A stretch of DNA of 64,000 bases from Thalia democratica (lineage: Eukaryota): NCBI GenBank assembly GCA_965202585.1, contig OZ241826.1:43648001-43712000 (forward strand). Direction: 5' to 3'. The position numbers and the translations under genes are program-made. The notes under the pieces are model-generated. The model saw nothing but the letters and a program-made list of their open reading frames with translations. It did not search any database and had not been told where the DNA came from. Below, one piece after another: positions 27,001-38,502 of the stretch (positions are counted from its first letter, which is position 1; each line of letters begins with the position of its first letter).

Positions 27001-29025
27001 AGCAGACCCACCAGGCAACCACCACGTCACCCGTTGTCATGGAAACAACGAACAGGGAAAGCACCAGCGAAGGTACGACTGTTGGCATGACAACGACCGT
27101 GCCGGGCCACGCGACGACGGTTGAACTGACTACAGGCTTCACCACTGAACAGCTCGCTAGCACGACTAGCGGTTTGTTCTCCACTAATTTGAGTTTTTAA
27201 AAGAGATAAATAATTTACTAGCTATCGCTAGACATTAAGTTATTCAGCTCTTACTTGACTTGAAAAAAAGAACTATAAATGAATATTTTTTTTAAGAATG
27301 ATTTTTGAATAAATGAATAAGTTATAGAATAGATAGAATTAAAAAGCAAAAAATAACAAAAACATTAACTTTATTAAAACTTTCAGCTCCAACTAGTTAT
27401 AATACTACAACGGTGATACCATCGACATCTACAGAACTATCAACCGTAACAGAAACAACTTCATCCTTCACAAGTACAACATACCCTACAACTTTGTACA
27501 ACACAACCTTTGAAACATCCACGTATCCCATGTGCATCAATGGTTTGTTGTTTTAAAAACGATAAAATTAATATCAGACGTTTTATTGAAACAGTTCTAT
27601 CATCTATTAGTTTTTTTTTCCTTTGTGTGTGGCTAAATTTACTTAGCAGATTTTTTTTTATATGTAACGCTCAACTATAAAAGTTAAATTTTTCACTGCA
27701 AATTAATTTTTTTAAATATAATCTAAGGATGCGCATACAACGGTGTCATTTACGACTACGGGGAATCGTGGACAAAAGACGAATGCACAACTTGTCAATG
27801 CAGCAACGAGTTGGGAATGGTCTGCACCGATCAGCGCGATACTTGCGATTTATCCTGCCCCGCCAAACAACAGCTCGTTTTCACAGAAGGAAAATGTTGC
27901 CCTGAATGCGGTTAGTTATTTCATTATTTAATTGTTAGTTATTTCTAGCTATGCAGCTTTTGCCATTCTACAAGTAGTACTTTATAACCTAACCCGAAGT
28001 CATCAAACTAGTTTTACTACTAAAAAAATTACAGACTATACTATACAATACTTAAACAAATAACCTACTGTACAACATTTGCTTTTCTTAACAAAAAAAA
28101 TCAAATTTTATCAAGCTAATAACAATTAATAAAGTTGCAACGGAACAAAACGAAGCGGACTGCAAACCGACAGTGACGTCACATCTGTTCAACGTGAGCG
28201 GTTGCGTCAGTTCGGCTCCCGTTGACGTCAGCGTCTGCTCCGGAACGTGCGCTTCGAACACAAGGATGCTTGACACCCCTCCCTACGTCACCGTCAGTTT
28301 TAGCAGTTGACTTTGTCGTTTAATTTAGTTACCAAAATATTTCCAACTGAAGCTTTATTTCATGGAAATTTTAAAACAGAGAAAAGCTTATTTTGATAAA
28401 TTTCGTACAGAGCGAATGCAGCTGTTGCCAACCGTTGAAACATGGCGAAGTGGAGGTGGAGCTGACGTGTCCGTCGGGAGAAAGGTCCTCGATCAGCGTC
28501 GGAGTGGCGACAGCATGCGGATGCCGATCCTGCCTTGGAGGCGGAAAGGAAAGTAAATCTTCGACCTTTGACCTAAAAGCGAAGGTCTTGGACGTCGGCA
28601 AAGTAAAAAGGTCTGGCAGCAAGAAAGTGAAGAGTGTGACGACGGAGGACGAAGAGGGGAACAATAAAACGAAAACTGTCAGCAAGGAGAAGGCTGCCAG
28701 CTTGAAAGTGGACAAATCGAAGAACTCAGCCAAGTACGAGACTAAAGACATAGTGGGAGGTGAAGCGAAGGTTAAAGTTTCAAACTCAGATTTGAGCGTG
28801 GAGAAGATTCTGGAAAGCAAAAAAGAGAAAGTTGTCACGGTGCAGGATGCTGGTGGGAATATTCAAGTGAGCAGCTCCAAACAACTCACGAGTGGCCAGA
28901 AACTGAAGAAAGCGAAGGAAGAAAAAACCTCGATCACAAAAAGCGGAGACAAAAAAGGTTCTGGCGAAAAAAATACTGAAAGAAACAAGAAAAAAAAACA
29001 TCGAAAAGATCAAAACAAAAACTAA
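1..29025 (+). CDS. Gel-forming mucin / VWF-family protein, 5'-truncated: TIL-VWD(D2)-C8-TIL-TIL-VWD(D3)-C8-TIL, PTS with 2x F5/8C-like domains and tandem exon units, VWC, CTCK, basic tail
   Basis: Frame-consistent exons: <1-111, 170-284, 393-498, 670-833, 1214-1421, 1588-1807, 2066-2364, 2696-2799, 2879-2996, 3063-3280, 3408-3639, 4054-4194, 4279-4411, 4557-4889, 5055-5289, 5451-5791, 5972-6100, 6161-7873, 8160-8278, repeat array 8342-26058, ~26223-26316, ~26385-26567, ~26659-26784, ~26842-27171, ~27387-27542, 27728-27910, 28135-28292, 28411-29025 (TAA). Motifs: HYLTFDGK, VRGLCG, HYETFD, IENVPC, WDKGTRV, VCGLCGNFDGN, C8 '[29 protein letters not shown]', TIL 'CGPKCMESC..GCFCPEG'. Orthology to a specific vertebrate MUC cannot be assigned. 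Confidence 0.95.
393..2364 (+). other. VWD + C8 domain (D2-like assembly)
   Basis: Spliced translation TCSIVAEDHYLTFDGKWFQFRGGCKY...VRGLCGVFNYDIRDD...FGNSWKV...CEHEICLC...CRCSVLSSYARAC. It has GLCG without the preceding Cys, as in mucin D2. Confidence 0.88.
3408..5289 (+). other. VWD + C8 + TIL (D3-like assembly with CGLCG motif)
   Basis: TCSTFADSHYETFD..., IENVPCDAGGIVCSRAVK, WDKGTRVYISL, VCGLCGNFDGNILND, DFTHSW, complete C8 and TIL cysteine patterns. Confidence 0.92.
6574..7044 (+). other. F5/8 type C (discoidin)-like domain 1 inside PTS region
   Basis: About 157 aa bracketed by Cys (ICY...LLGCY). PWTP, FIEIRF, 'IRIHPEEW..FPVFNVGLLGC' resembles the discoidin C-terminal 'IRIYP.SW...LRLELLGC'. 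Confidence 0.8.
7134..7605 (+). other. F5/8 type C (discoidin)-like domain 2 (tandem paralog of domain 1)
   Basis: Colinear with domain 1 (FGSSNPWTP, FIEIKF.SPVYIFGV, VRVHPEEWTGFLPVFNVGLLGCY). Confidence 0.8.
8342..26058 (+). repeat. Tandem array of ~1.7-kb multi-exon PTS units (exons A 264 nt, B 132 nt, C 348 or 312 nt, D 42 or 39 nt), introns included
   Basis: A starts: 9204, 10967, 12700, 14383, 16127, 17837, 19469, 21084, 22853, 25038. B starts: 9710, 11460, 13168, 14890, 16621, 18300, 19973, 21593, 23358, 25541. C starts: 8342, 9951, 11703, 13358, 15130, 16866, 18490, 20216, 21834, 23641, 25729. D starts: 8803, 10390, 12142, 13810, 15569, (17295, acceptor lost), 18928, 20676, 22287, 24084. 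One extra exon E at 24874-24942. The exons total 8100 nt = 2700 Thr/Ser/Pro/Glu-rich codons. Confidence 0.95.
27728..27910 (+). other. VWC domain exon
   Basis: CAYNGVIYDYGESWTKDECTTCQCSNELGMVCTDQRDTCDLSCPAKQQLVFTEGKCCPEC has the canonical VWC cysteine spacing. Confidence 0.88.
28161..28533 (+). other. C-terminal cystine knot (CTCK), 11 Cys
   Basis: Spliced sequence C-KPTVTSHLFNVSG-C-VSSAPVDVSV-CSGTC-...-ECSCC-...-LTCPSG-...-CGCRSC has the 11-Cys pattern of VWF/mucin cystine knots. Confidence 0.92.
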
Positions 29026-29142
29026 ACAATGATGCTAAAAATTAAAACAAATTTCTGTTTTGAGAATGTTTTAAGCTAGCGGATACGGCTTCGACTTGAC
29101 CATGATACTGTTTTGTAAATATATTTTTCTATATTCTTTGTA

Positions 29143-29148
29143 AATAAA
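29143..29148 (+). promoter_or_regulatory. Candidate polyadenylation signal of the mucin
   Basis: AATAAA about 120 nt after the stop codon. The AT-rich context makes it weak evidence alone. Confidence 0.45.
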
Positions 29149-29831
29149 CTTGCAAACTAAAGTTATGAGTTTTAATTCTTATGCATCAAATAAATTCTAC
29201 CTTTTATTAATCACATATGATATTGTACAATATAAACCATTTTGTTGTACTTTTAAGAACTAAAAATTACATCAAAAAAAAATATTAAGCTTTAAAAAAC
29301 TCTTTAATTTTTAACATATACAAAGTAAAGAAGTTTTTGTTTTTAAACACACTACTTGCAATAACAGTTTGCACAAACTAGAAACTTTTATGTCCAAAAT
29401 TTTTTTTTACTTTTTATTAACTTTAAAACCTTTTTTTTAACCAATTTAAAACTTTTTCTAAACATTTAATAAATAAGTTACAATACAACAGAAAAGAAAA
29501 GTTAACTATTTTTAACTTAAAAATTAAAAGAACTTAGTATAGTACTGTTAGGTTTATTAGTCTAAAAAGTAATAATTAAAAACCTTGTAAGGTAGAGATA
29601 AATACCACTAAAAATGCATTAGTTTTAACATTTTTAAAAGTTTAAGATACTAAACAACAATTCTTTAATCTTAAAAAAAATAATCTAAAGTTAATATACT
29701 GTAAGATGTAAATATTTAACCCCAACACTAAAATAAATTTCTTGTTTTTCTTTTCAAATTTCTTGAATTTGTTACAATTATTAAAATTCTATCAAACAAT
29801 GAAATTACTTTAACAGTGGATTTTTTTTTTT

Positions 29832-30320
29832 GGAACGGGTCAAAAATGCATAAAGGGACACTTTTACACGAAGGATCATTATTGCACGAGAGTAAAAAAA
29901 ACAAATGAATAAAACTATTTAAAAAAACAAGAAAACAATAAAAAAACATAAAAATGAATTTAAAAAAAAAAAAGAGGAAAAATTAGTTACCGACCGAGGG
30001 TAAGGGATAGGGATAACAGTGGTATTAAAATCAAATATGAATAAGAAAAAATAACTAATAAAAAAAATTGTTAATATAAAGCTACTAGTAAAATTTAATA
30101 AAATAATTAAGTAAAAAAGATACAAAAGATAGGGAAAATAAGTTACCGACCGAGGGTAAGGGTTAGGGGAAGAGTGATAGTATAAAGAAAATTAATAGAA
30201 AAAAAAATTTATCCCGTGCAAAAGTGTCTCTGTGCAAAAGTGACCGGTCGTGCAAAATTGACGCCGTGCAAAAAGTTCTTCGTGCAAAAGTGTCCCTTTG
30301 TGCATATTTGACACCTACCC
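29832..30320. mobile_element. Non-autonomous DNA transposon (MITE) with ~40-bp TIRs and subterminal TGCAC(A/G)A repeats
   Basis: Left ggaacgggtcaaaaatgcataaagggacacttttacacgaag versus right-end reverse complement gggtaggtgtcaaatatgcacaaagggacacttttgcacgaag. Two internal copies of ttaccgaccgagggtaaggg. Related to 38924-39546. Confidence 0.8.
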
Positions 30321-30627
30321 TATTTTTTTATACTTATTCAAATAGACTTAAACTAGTATACACTGCTTAATTAAATATATAAAAACTACATCGTCTTTGT
30401 AATGGCATTGTTTCAAATAATTTAAAAACTCCATCTTGCTAACCCATTGAAACAGTTTATTCTAAAATAACAAAAGTTTCATAGAAAGTTTGCAACAAAA
30501 AGCTTTTTCTGTATTTGAAAGTAAATTATAAAAAAGTTTTTATGTTTTGATTTTTTAAGACATTTTCAAAATTAGTTAAATTATAATTTTAATATTTACC
30601 AATTATAGCTTTATAAATTACTTCAAG

Positions 30628-30725
30628 AAATGGTGGTGTATGACTAGATAACCAAAAGGTTTTTTCGTGTACCAGGTCCATATACCAAACTTATTTAGCG
30701 CTTTTTTGTGTCGCTGAATAAACAG
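30628..30725 (+). repeat. Dispersed ~110-bp repeat, copy 1
   Basis: gtggtgtatgactagataaccaaaagg...ccaggtcc...tttagcgcttttttgtgtcg aligns with the copies at 38503, 38661, 39148 and 50160 (minus strand). Confidence 0.7.
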
Positions 30726-32891
30726 AAAAATTGGAAAGAAAAAACTTAAAAGTTTTAAAGAACAGCTACTACTAGAAACAGCAAAGTACAATATAGAAGC
30801 AGCAAAATGAATAAAATAAGTTAAATCATTATCAAAAACTTTTTTTTCAAAATTTATTTTTAATGTAAACTTGTTAGCTTTTTGGTTGTTAAAATTTAAA
30901 TTTAGTGCGCTTATATACATCTTTTTTTTTTTTCTTTGTATTCTTTAATTTCAACCATTTAACTCTGTGTAGATAAACTAAAAACTAAAATTTTGAACAT
31001 TGAAACATAAAAAGTTCAGAGTTTTTATGACACAATACTTGATAAAGCTCTGTTGAGCACATAGTTTAATTTAGATAAATTTAAGTTTGTCAAAACAGTT
31101 AAGGCTTTTTTTTACTATACAGTTTTAATAAACATAAACCACATAGAATCAAAAAACATAAATCAGGGGCAGCTTTAGGAATTTTCTATTAGGTAGCAAT
31201 GACTTAACTTTAATTAGCTTAAAGAGCAATTAGTTATTAAAACGTACTTTGTAAAAAGACAGAAGTGTTTACTTAATATAAACATAATAAAGTTTTAATG
31301 AAATTTATACTAAATTATTAGTAATATTTGTTACAGTTTTTTTATATTTAGTTCAACTTTTTTTAAATAACAATAAAAACTTTGGTAGAAACTTTTATTT
31401 TATTTACAAGTTCTTTATCTTGTTATAGTTTACTAAAAACTGATAATGTTATTTAAGTTTAAATTTTTCTCTTAGCTTTGATCTCTAGCTTTTTTATATT
31501 TAGAAGTCTTTAGTCTATGAAGTTATATTAGTTAGAAGTTTAAGTTTTAATTTAACTCTTTAAAAAAAATTAAATAAAACCATAATAAACTTTATTCATT
31601 TTACCCTAGTAATATTAGAGTATCTTTAAAAGATAAAGCAGTATAAAAGTATTTAATTTTAGCTAGGCGGCCAGTTTAAAGAAAATGTTGAATGATGATC
31701 AGTTTTTTTTGGACTATAAAAAACAGATTTTTTTTCCTTAAAATTACCAAAAGCAAAATGTCATGTTTGAAAGCTTGCAAGAATTTACTTCATTATAACA
31801 CAATTTTCAAATGTATATTTTGAAGAAATATATAAAGTTTTCTGTGAATAAGCTTATAGCACACAAGCTAACAAGTGAAAATAAATATCAATAACATATC
31901 ATTAAATTTTTTTTTTAAACTGCAGTATCTAGTTTAGAAATAGTGATCATCTACTAAGTTTGTTTACATATACTGGTAATTTCATTCAAAAACTTATGTG
32001 AATTAGTAAAAGGTGTTTTTTTTTAAATACTCACATTAGTTAAATTTTGTTATAAAATCATAATTAATTTCTAACCTAAGGCTAGTTATAGCTGTTATAT
32101 AGGTGTACATTTTATGTGAGTACTCTTTTTTTCATCCAATGTTAACATTTAATAAATCAGAATAAATTTTAAACATTTTACCTTTTAAATTAATAAAAAA
32201 AACATAAGTAAGTCTACCAACATAAGTAAAGTTTCTGATTTAACAATTTTTTCACCAGGAATAGATGTTCAAACTTCAAAGCTTCTTTTTATTTTATTTT
32301 AGTAGCACTGGTTTTAGAAAACTAGTCAAAAGCCGCTTCTGTAACAAGCTATAAAGCAAAACTAGATAATAAAAACTTTTAATTAAGCAATTTAAAATGA
32401 TACTTATTGTTGGGTAAAAATAGTAGTAACTTTTTTATTAAGTTTATAACTGTTAAATAATCAAAACTTTTAATTTTAAAATAGTCTCGGTTTTCTACAG
32501 CAAACAACACTTAATGCTTAAACAACACTATTGTATAAATAAAGTTTATTATATAAAAAAAAATACTATCTATTTTTAAAACAATCATTGAAATATAGTT
32601 TATTTAACTAAATAGTTTGGTAAACCTAATGATAAAGTATCAAAAAGCTTTCAAAGCAACAAAATTATAAACAACTAGACCAAGTAGTTGATAGACACAA
32701 ACAATTTTTTATAACTAGAAACTAACGAAAGAAGAAGCTTTCTTATAAAAAAGTATGCTCTATGTTATTAGTGATACTCACAATAAATACTTTTAAGTAT
32801 TGAAGCATTATTAACAACTTTGTTTTAACTTGTGTCTGCATTTTAAGAATAATGTTTTTTTTGTCTTTTAAAACTTTAAAACTCTTTAAAC

Positions 32892-33155
32892 CACGATTTT
32901 CCAAAGTGGGTTGTACCGCCCCCCTGAGGGCTATTTTAGTAAGCTGGGGGCAATAATTAGTAAAGGTGCGAAAGAGAGAGGAAATTTTTTAAATTTTAAG
33001 AAATTTTTAAACTTACACTAGATATTCTTGAGTTGCAGATGAAGAGGAAAAAAAAAGGTCTACGGTGTTTTAAATGGTATTTTTGTTGAAGGGGGCAATA
33101 GCCTTTTTTATTTCTTCCAAGGGGGAAATTTGAAAAAAAAGTTTGGGAAACCCTG
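32892..33155. mobile_element. hAT-type MITE with 8-bp target-site duplication
   Basis: Left end cacgattttccaaagtggg; right-end reverse complement cagggtttcccaaac. Flanks ctttaaac (32884-32891) and ctttaaaa (33156-33163) match at 7/8. A related partial copy starts at 62410. Confidence 0.7.
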
Positions 33156-33465
33156 CTTTAAAACTATAGTTGTAATGAAATCTAAGCTCAAACTAGCACC
33201 TTTGATTACTGCCAATATAACAAAAAACTGTTTCTAAAAATTATTAGTGTTTTTTATTTTTTTATGTAAGAAATACCATCGCAAGCTTAATATTCCCATG
33301 CAATCTGGGCCAAGTTTGCCGACTGTATGACACTAAAACAAGTTTATTATAAGATAAAACTAAAATTTCGACGTGATTGCCGACCCTTATCTCTGGCGTA
33401 TTTCTTTTTAAAAGTTTTTAATAAACCCGAGTTTTCACCAACAGAACTTACACAAGCAGTTAAAA

Positions 33466-36114
33466 ATGGAATACATCTGCAGCATTTGCCTCGAAACCCT
33501 GTTCAAAACGAAAACCGACGTCTCATTGACACCTTGCGGCCATCTGTTCCACGCAGACTGCATAGTAAAATCCATGCAGAACAAGCTGGCATGTCCCAAC
33601 TGCAACCAGGCGTTCAACGAAGAAAGCGATGTGAAAAAGGTAAAAATGTTTGTTGGATTTTAAAAAATTAATTGAACTTTTGGTGAGAATTTCTTTTATG
33701 ATTTTCCTTCATCAACGCAGTAAAGTAAATGTACCAGTTTTTTAAGTAAATCAATATTTTAATTTTTTTTTTTTGTTAATTCAAACATTTTTCTAGTTTT
33801 ACTTAAGTAAAAATTTAATTTTAATTGAGTATCTCATTAACCTCATTGGTTAACTGAGTGAGCTTTTTTAATGAAAGAGTTCTTAAAATAATAAACTACG
33901 AAAACAGGTGAACTTCGACGTGCACGATCACCTCGTTTTCGGCGCTTGCTCGGAAGAAGCCAAGAACTTCCTCGTCGAAACGGGCGAGATGGAAGGCGAG
34001 CAGAGAGCTATAATGCTGAACCTGATCAGGAAGCTGGAGAAGGAAAACGCGAGGCTGAAGGAGGCAAGGGAAACGAGCTCGGGCAAGGTTGAAACGTGCA
34101 AACTGTTTTTGAAGAGTTTCCGGGAATTTAGAAAAAAATTGCAGGAGCAAAACCGCGAGTTGAAGTTGCAAAACAATGCCTTGTTGGCTGAGGCAAGAAG
34201 AACAAGCAAAGATGAGGAAGCCATAAAGGATCAAGCGTTGGAGGAATACGAAACAGAAGTTGAGAAAGCTCTTGATGTTCTTGTAAATTACGACTATGGT
34301 ATCGAGGAAGAAAGTAAAAACCAAACAAACGAAAACATACCACAGTCTGTAAATGACAAGACTTATAAAAGCGTAAATTCAACGAAAAGTCTTCTTATGG
34401 AAGGCTTACCTGGTGAAATTCAACAGCAGATTGATAAACTGAATGAGTTTGATAGAAAGATTAATAATATATTTTGTAAGAAGATTACTGAAGTTGAAAA
34501 TGAAAACAAATTGCTAACAGAAGTTAACAAAAAACGTGAGGTCGACCTTAAAATTTTAAAGAGCTTTTTGGAAAAGGCTCAAGCTGATGTAAACAACTGC
34601 ATAGAAACAAACAAAAAGTTGAAGACAGAATATAAAGACCTGATGGCTGAGCTACGCAGAAATAAAACAAATAATGATGATTCTAACTTACTCGAAGAGA
34701 TACCAAGAAAAAAGTGCAAAAGAGAGAATGAAACCTCAAAAAGTATAAAAATTTTAGGTAAGAGTAACTTTTATAAAAATTGCTATTGTACTGCTTTTGT
34801 CTGTTTCCATAAAAAAGCTCAAAGATTTTTTTTTGGATTAAAAAAAAATTAAGCCTAACTATATTGCGATTAAATATTATTAAAAAGTTATATTTTTAAA
34901 ACAACAGTTTAACATATTTTTGTTAACTGACGATTGAACGATCTTCTCATTGTACTAATTTTCATTGAAAAGTTTAAACGTAATTCAGTCTTTTAAGCAT
35001 TTTTTAAATGTATTAAAGTTATTTATTTAGCACTTGATAGATTAAATTTTCTTAAAACAAAATATGTACAAATAATTAAAAAAAAATTTGATCGTTTTAC
35101 CATAAAAAGGCAATTGCAAGAAATGCATATAATAAAAGACTTTTTTTTCATTCTAAGTCCATGAAACTTCAAAAATAATATACAGAACCTCAGGCACAAA
35201 ATCAGGACGATGGAATAATTCTCAGCGGAGGTTTCGCAACAGAAAACAACCCAAACCGAGTTGTGTGCAACGATTCCATCTACAAGCTTCACCTGAAGTT
35301 AGGTGAATGGAAGCGTTTTAATAAACTGGAGGCGGAAAAATTTCAATATCAGCCTGCAGCTGTTGAAAGTAAAATGCATTTGTTCGGTGGTTTTAACAGA
35401 ACATCTCTAACTTGTACTGGAACTTTCAGTAGACAAACACTAAACTTATGTGACAATGTTCCTGCGATGCACGGCGAAAGGAACAAGTCTGCAGTGTGTT
35501 CCGTCGCAGGTCTCACTTTTGCCACGGGGGGCGTCCGTAACAAAGTTGAATTTTCAAAGCAGTGCGAAGTTTACAGTTTCGAGCGGCGTTCGTGGACCAG
35601 AGTTGCGAGCATGAACGCCAAAAGAAGCGCGTTTTCCATGATCTACTTCCAGCGCGAACTGTGGGCGATCGGCGGTTTTTCAAACAGTGGCTGCTTGGAT
35701 TCGATAGAAACGTACGACTTGGCCGAAAACAAATGGACACCCGTCGACGCCAAACTGTTGACGAAAAGAGAAGGCCACGGCGCTGCAGTTCACAACAAAA
35801 AATTCTTTGTCATCGGAGGACTGAATAGTGAGGGATTCGTTTCGTCAGTCGAGGTTTACTCAAGCGAAACGAACCGGTTCAGCTTCGTTCGTCCAATGAG
35901 AAAAGGTCTCGCTTATTTTGGGTGCTGTGTTGTTGGTTTAAATGTATACGTTATTGGAGGACTCGTTAGCGCTCACAAAGCCACTGATGACGTCATTGCG
36001 GGACCTGAAGACGCTCACAAAGCCACTGAAGAGGTTGAAATTTACGACATCGAAAATGATACTTGGAAGAGAGGTCCGAATTTACCTATGAAAATATCCG
36101 GCTTTGAGCATTAG
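33466..36114 (+). CDS. RING-H2 (TRAIP-like) + coiled coil + six Kelch repeats; putative single-chain E3 ubiquitin ligase, 650 aa
   Basis: Exons 33466-33639 (phase 0, AG|gtaaaa), 33908-34757 (phase 1, G|gtaaga) and 35186-36114 (tatacag|AA CCT) total 1953 nt, in frame. RING: CSIC...PCGHLFHADC...CPNC. Exon 2 is heptad-rich in E/K/L. Six GG motifs with Kelch 'E.YD....W' signatures. Confidence 0.85.
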
Positions 36115-38502
36115 CAAGATTGGTAGGATGAACAGCTGGTAGATATGACTCTGAGCTAAAGTGAAATATTTTAAACTAAGTATATATGCTTTTGAAAGAT
36201 TATTTGAACCTTTAAACTTTGGTGTTGTTCCTTTTTTAGTTTAAATTTAAAAGTAGTTGTGAAGAACATGCTTTTTTGTTTAATTGAACTACAAATTAAA
36301 TACTGCATACTGTTACTAACTACAAATATTATATTTAACTTGTTGTTTCAAATAGTAGCATAAAGTAATATACTAAAATTTAAAACGATGATAATATTTT
36401 AAATTTTAACTGGTTAATTTGAAGTCATAAGTATTTTTGTTTAGTAAAGTAGTATTATTTTAACTAGTTTAGGTTCTTTATTTTTAATATAAACTTTTTA
36501 ACACTTAGAACTCACTGTCCTGATTGATGGAAGCTAATTCTTAATTTTTTTAACACAGATTTTTTGTAAATTTATTACCTACTACTAAAATTAGATTGTT
36601 TATTATTAAATGCTCATTACCATACCTAGAGTCCATAATTTAATAGTTTATATTAAACATACCAACTTTATCGTCTTTCAGCTGAAATTCTTAATAAAAG
36701 ATGTTAATATTACAAAACATTGACTTTTGTTTTATATTTTTTTAGGATATTGTGACCATACAAGGTCTATCTTACTTGTTCTTATACGGTAAAACGTATC
36801 TTGAACGTTTTATTTACCAGGTATTTTGCTGATCTTAATAGTTTTGCTCCTACAAATTGTATACGATTTTGCTAACCTAAAATGTATCTAAAAACTAAGA
36901 TGAAAACAGAGATCAAATCTCATTAGTTAGTTTTTAAGTTCTGATAACTCGCTTTACTTATCTTCTAAGTAACTTACAAAACTTTTCATACACTTTTTAA
37001 ACTGACTTATCCAAATGATTAATTAACACTCGTTAAGTAGATTATAAAACAGTAGGTGTATAAAAAGCTGTTTGGTTAGAAACTTAATGTGTTAAAGAGC
37101 TCAGTCAATTTTTAATAACAATAGCAAATTAAAAACTTTTTAAACTATTATTCTATCAAAAAAATAATTTATTTTATCTAAAATTGTTTAATTCTCAGTT
37201 TACTCTTTTTATTTTAGAATTTTATTTTCAAGTTAAATTGTAAAATATTTTATTTTTTTACATGTCAATAGTTTTTAGGGTTTCAACTAAAAAACATATA
37301 CTGATGTTTAAAACTTCTTTCTAAAACTTCAATCTATTCGATCAGTTGACAGTTAAAAATGTCTTTAATAATTTACACATACATAAATAACTAATTACAA
37401 CGAAATCCTAAAAGTTTTTATACTTTTCTTAAACTAGTCTATTGTTTATTTTTTAGATTTAATGAAACAACGATTTTAACATTTGACATGATAGCTTTAA
37501 TAGCTGTTCCTGTTATAAAGTAATAAGTATTTTTAACTGTATATTTTTTCTACATCTCTTTTTAGCTATATACCTTTGTAGTGGAAAAAGCTATACAAAA
37601 CTAAACCAACTTATACTGTAATTATAGTTATACAACAAATTTTAGTTAGAATTTTCAAATTTTTGTTCATTATTTTATCATCACATTTTTATTACTTTAT
37701 TTTAAGATAAAAGTAGTCAAAAGTCTTCTTTAACTAATGACATATCACTAAGTGAAAGAGAGGTTGTAATCTGATTAAACATAAAACATTTATCTAATAT
37801 TAAACCTAGTTGAGCAAGTAAAACTTTCATAAAACTTGTATTGAAAAATTTTTTAGAATTTTTAACTTGTACCTACGCTCTAAAGCAGGAATTGAAAGCA
37901 ATTTACAAACGACATGTCGTATATAACAAAAAAACATTTTGCATAACACATTTAAAAAAAAAGAGCTAACGTAATTTTAAATAATGATATAAAATATGTG
38001 TATAAGTTCTTCAGATGAATATTTGTATTTGAAATTTTATCTACACAGTTTATTTACATTAAATTTGAGAAAAACTACTTATATTAATTTAAATTTTTAA
38101 TTTGCACATTTTATTTTTAAGCTGAAAATACGTCGCTGGTCATATATTCATGCTTTGGGGACCAGCGAAGTACTATGTGTACTATGACGTACTATGTGTA
38201 TTTAAGCCGACAGTCTGCTCACCCTTGTACTAAAATCTAAAATCTAAATGTTCATTTATTTTCCGTGTTACATTCAACAGTATGTTGTATACAGAGTAAC
38301 AAAAAAAATTAAAAGTTTTATTTTATGTTTTGTTAATTTAGATATAACATTTAATATTTTTAACTTGATTAGGTTTGTCATTTACATTTGTTGTATTGTC
38401 ATGATACTAGTTTCTTAAATCCTTCTAGTTTAAATTAAAGTTATTTGGCAAATGCCAAAGGAAAAATCTTTTACTAAATCGTATAATGGACAAGACGTAA
38501 AA

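Noticed and set aside
5445-27184. Many Val-rich minus-strand ORFs (MVSMITGVSGCSVVADG… etc.)
   Set aside because: Antisense shadows of the ACN-rich Thr codons in the PTS exons; their boundaries track the + strand exons.
36746-36895. Possible two-exon hydrophobic peptide (DIVTIQGLSYLFLY-GILLILIVLLLQIVYDF…)
   Set aside because: Needs a 32-nt intron, well below the ~55-nt minimum seen in the confident genes. No start codon or family match, and hydrophobic frames arise easily in T-rich DNA.
38133-38190. 9-bp GC-rich hairpin (tcgctggtc/gaccagcga) followed by gtactatg triplication - Helitron 3' end?
   Set aside because: No CTRR terminus at the expected distance, no 5' TC end, and no second copy in the window.
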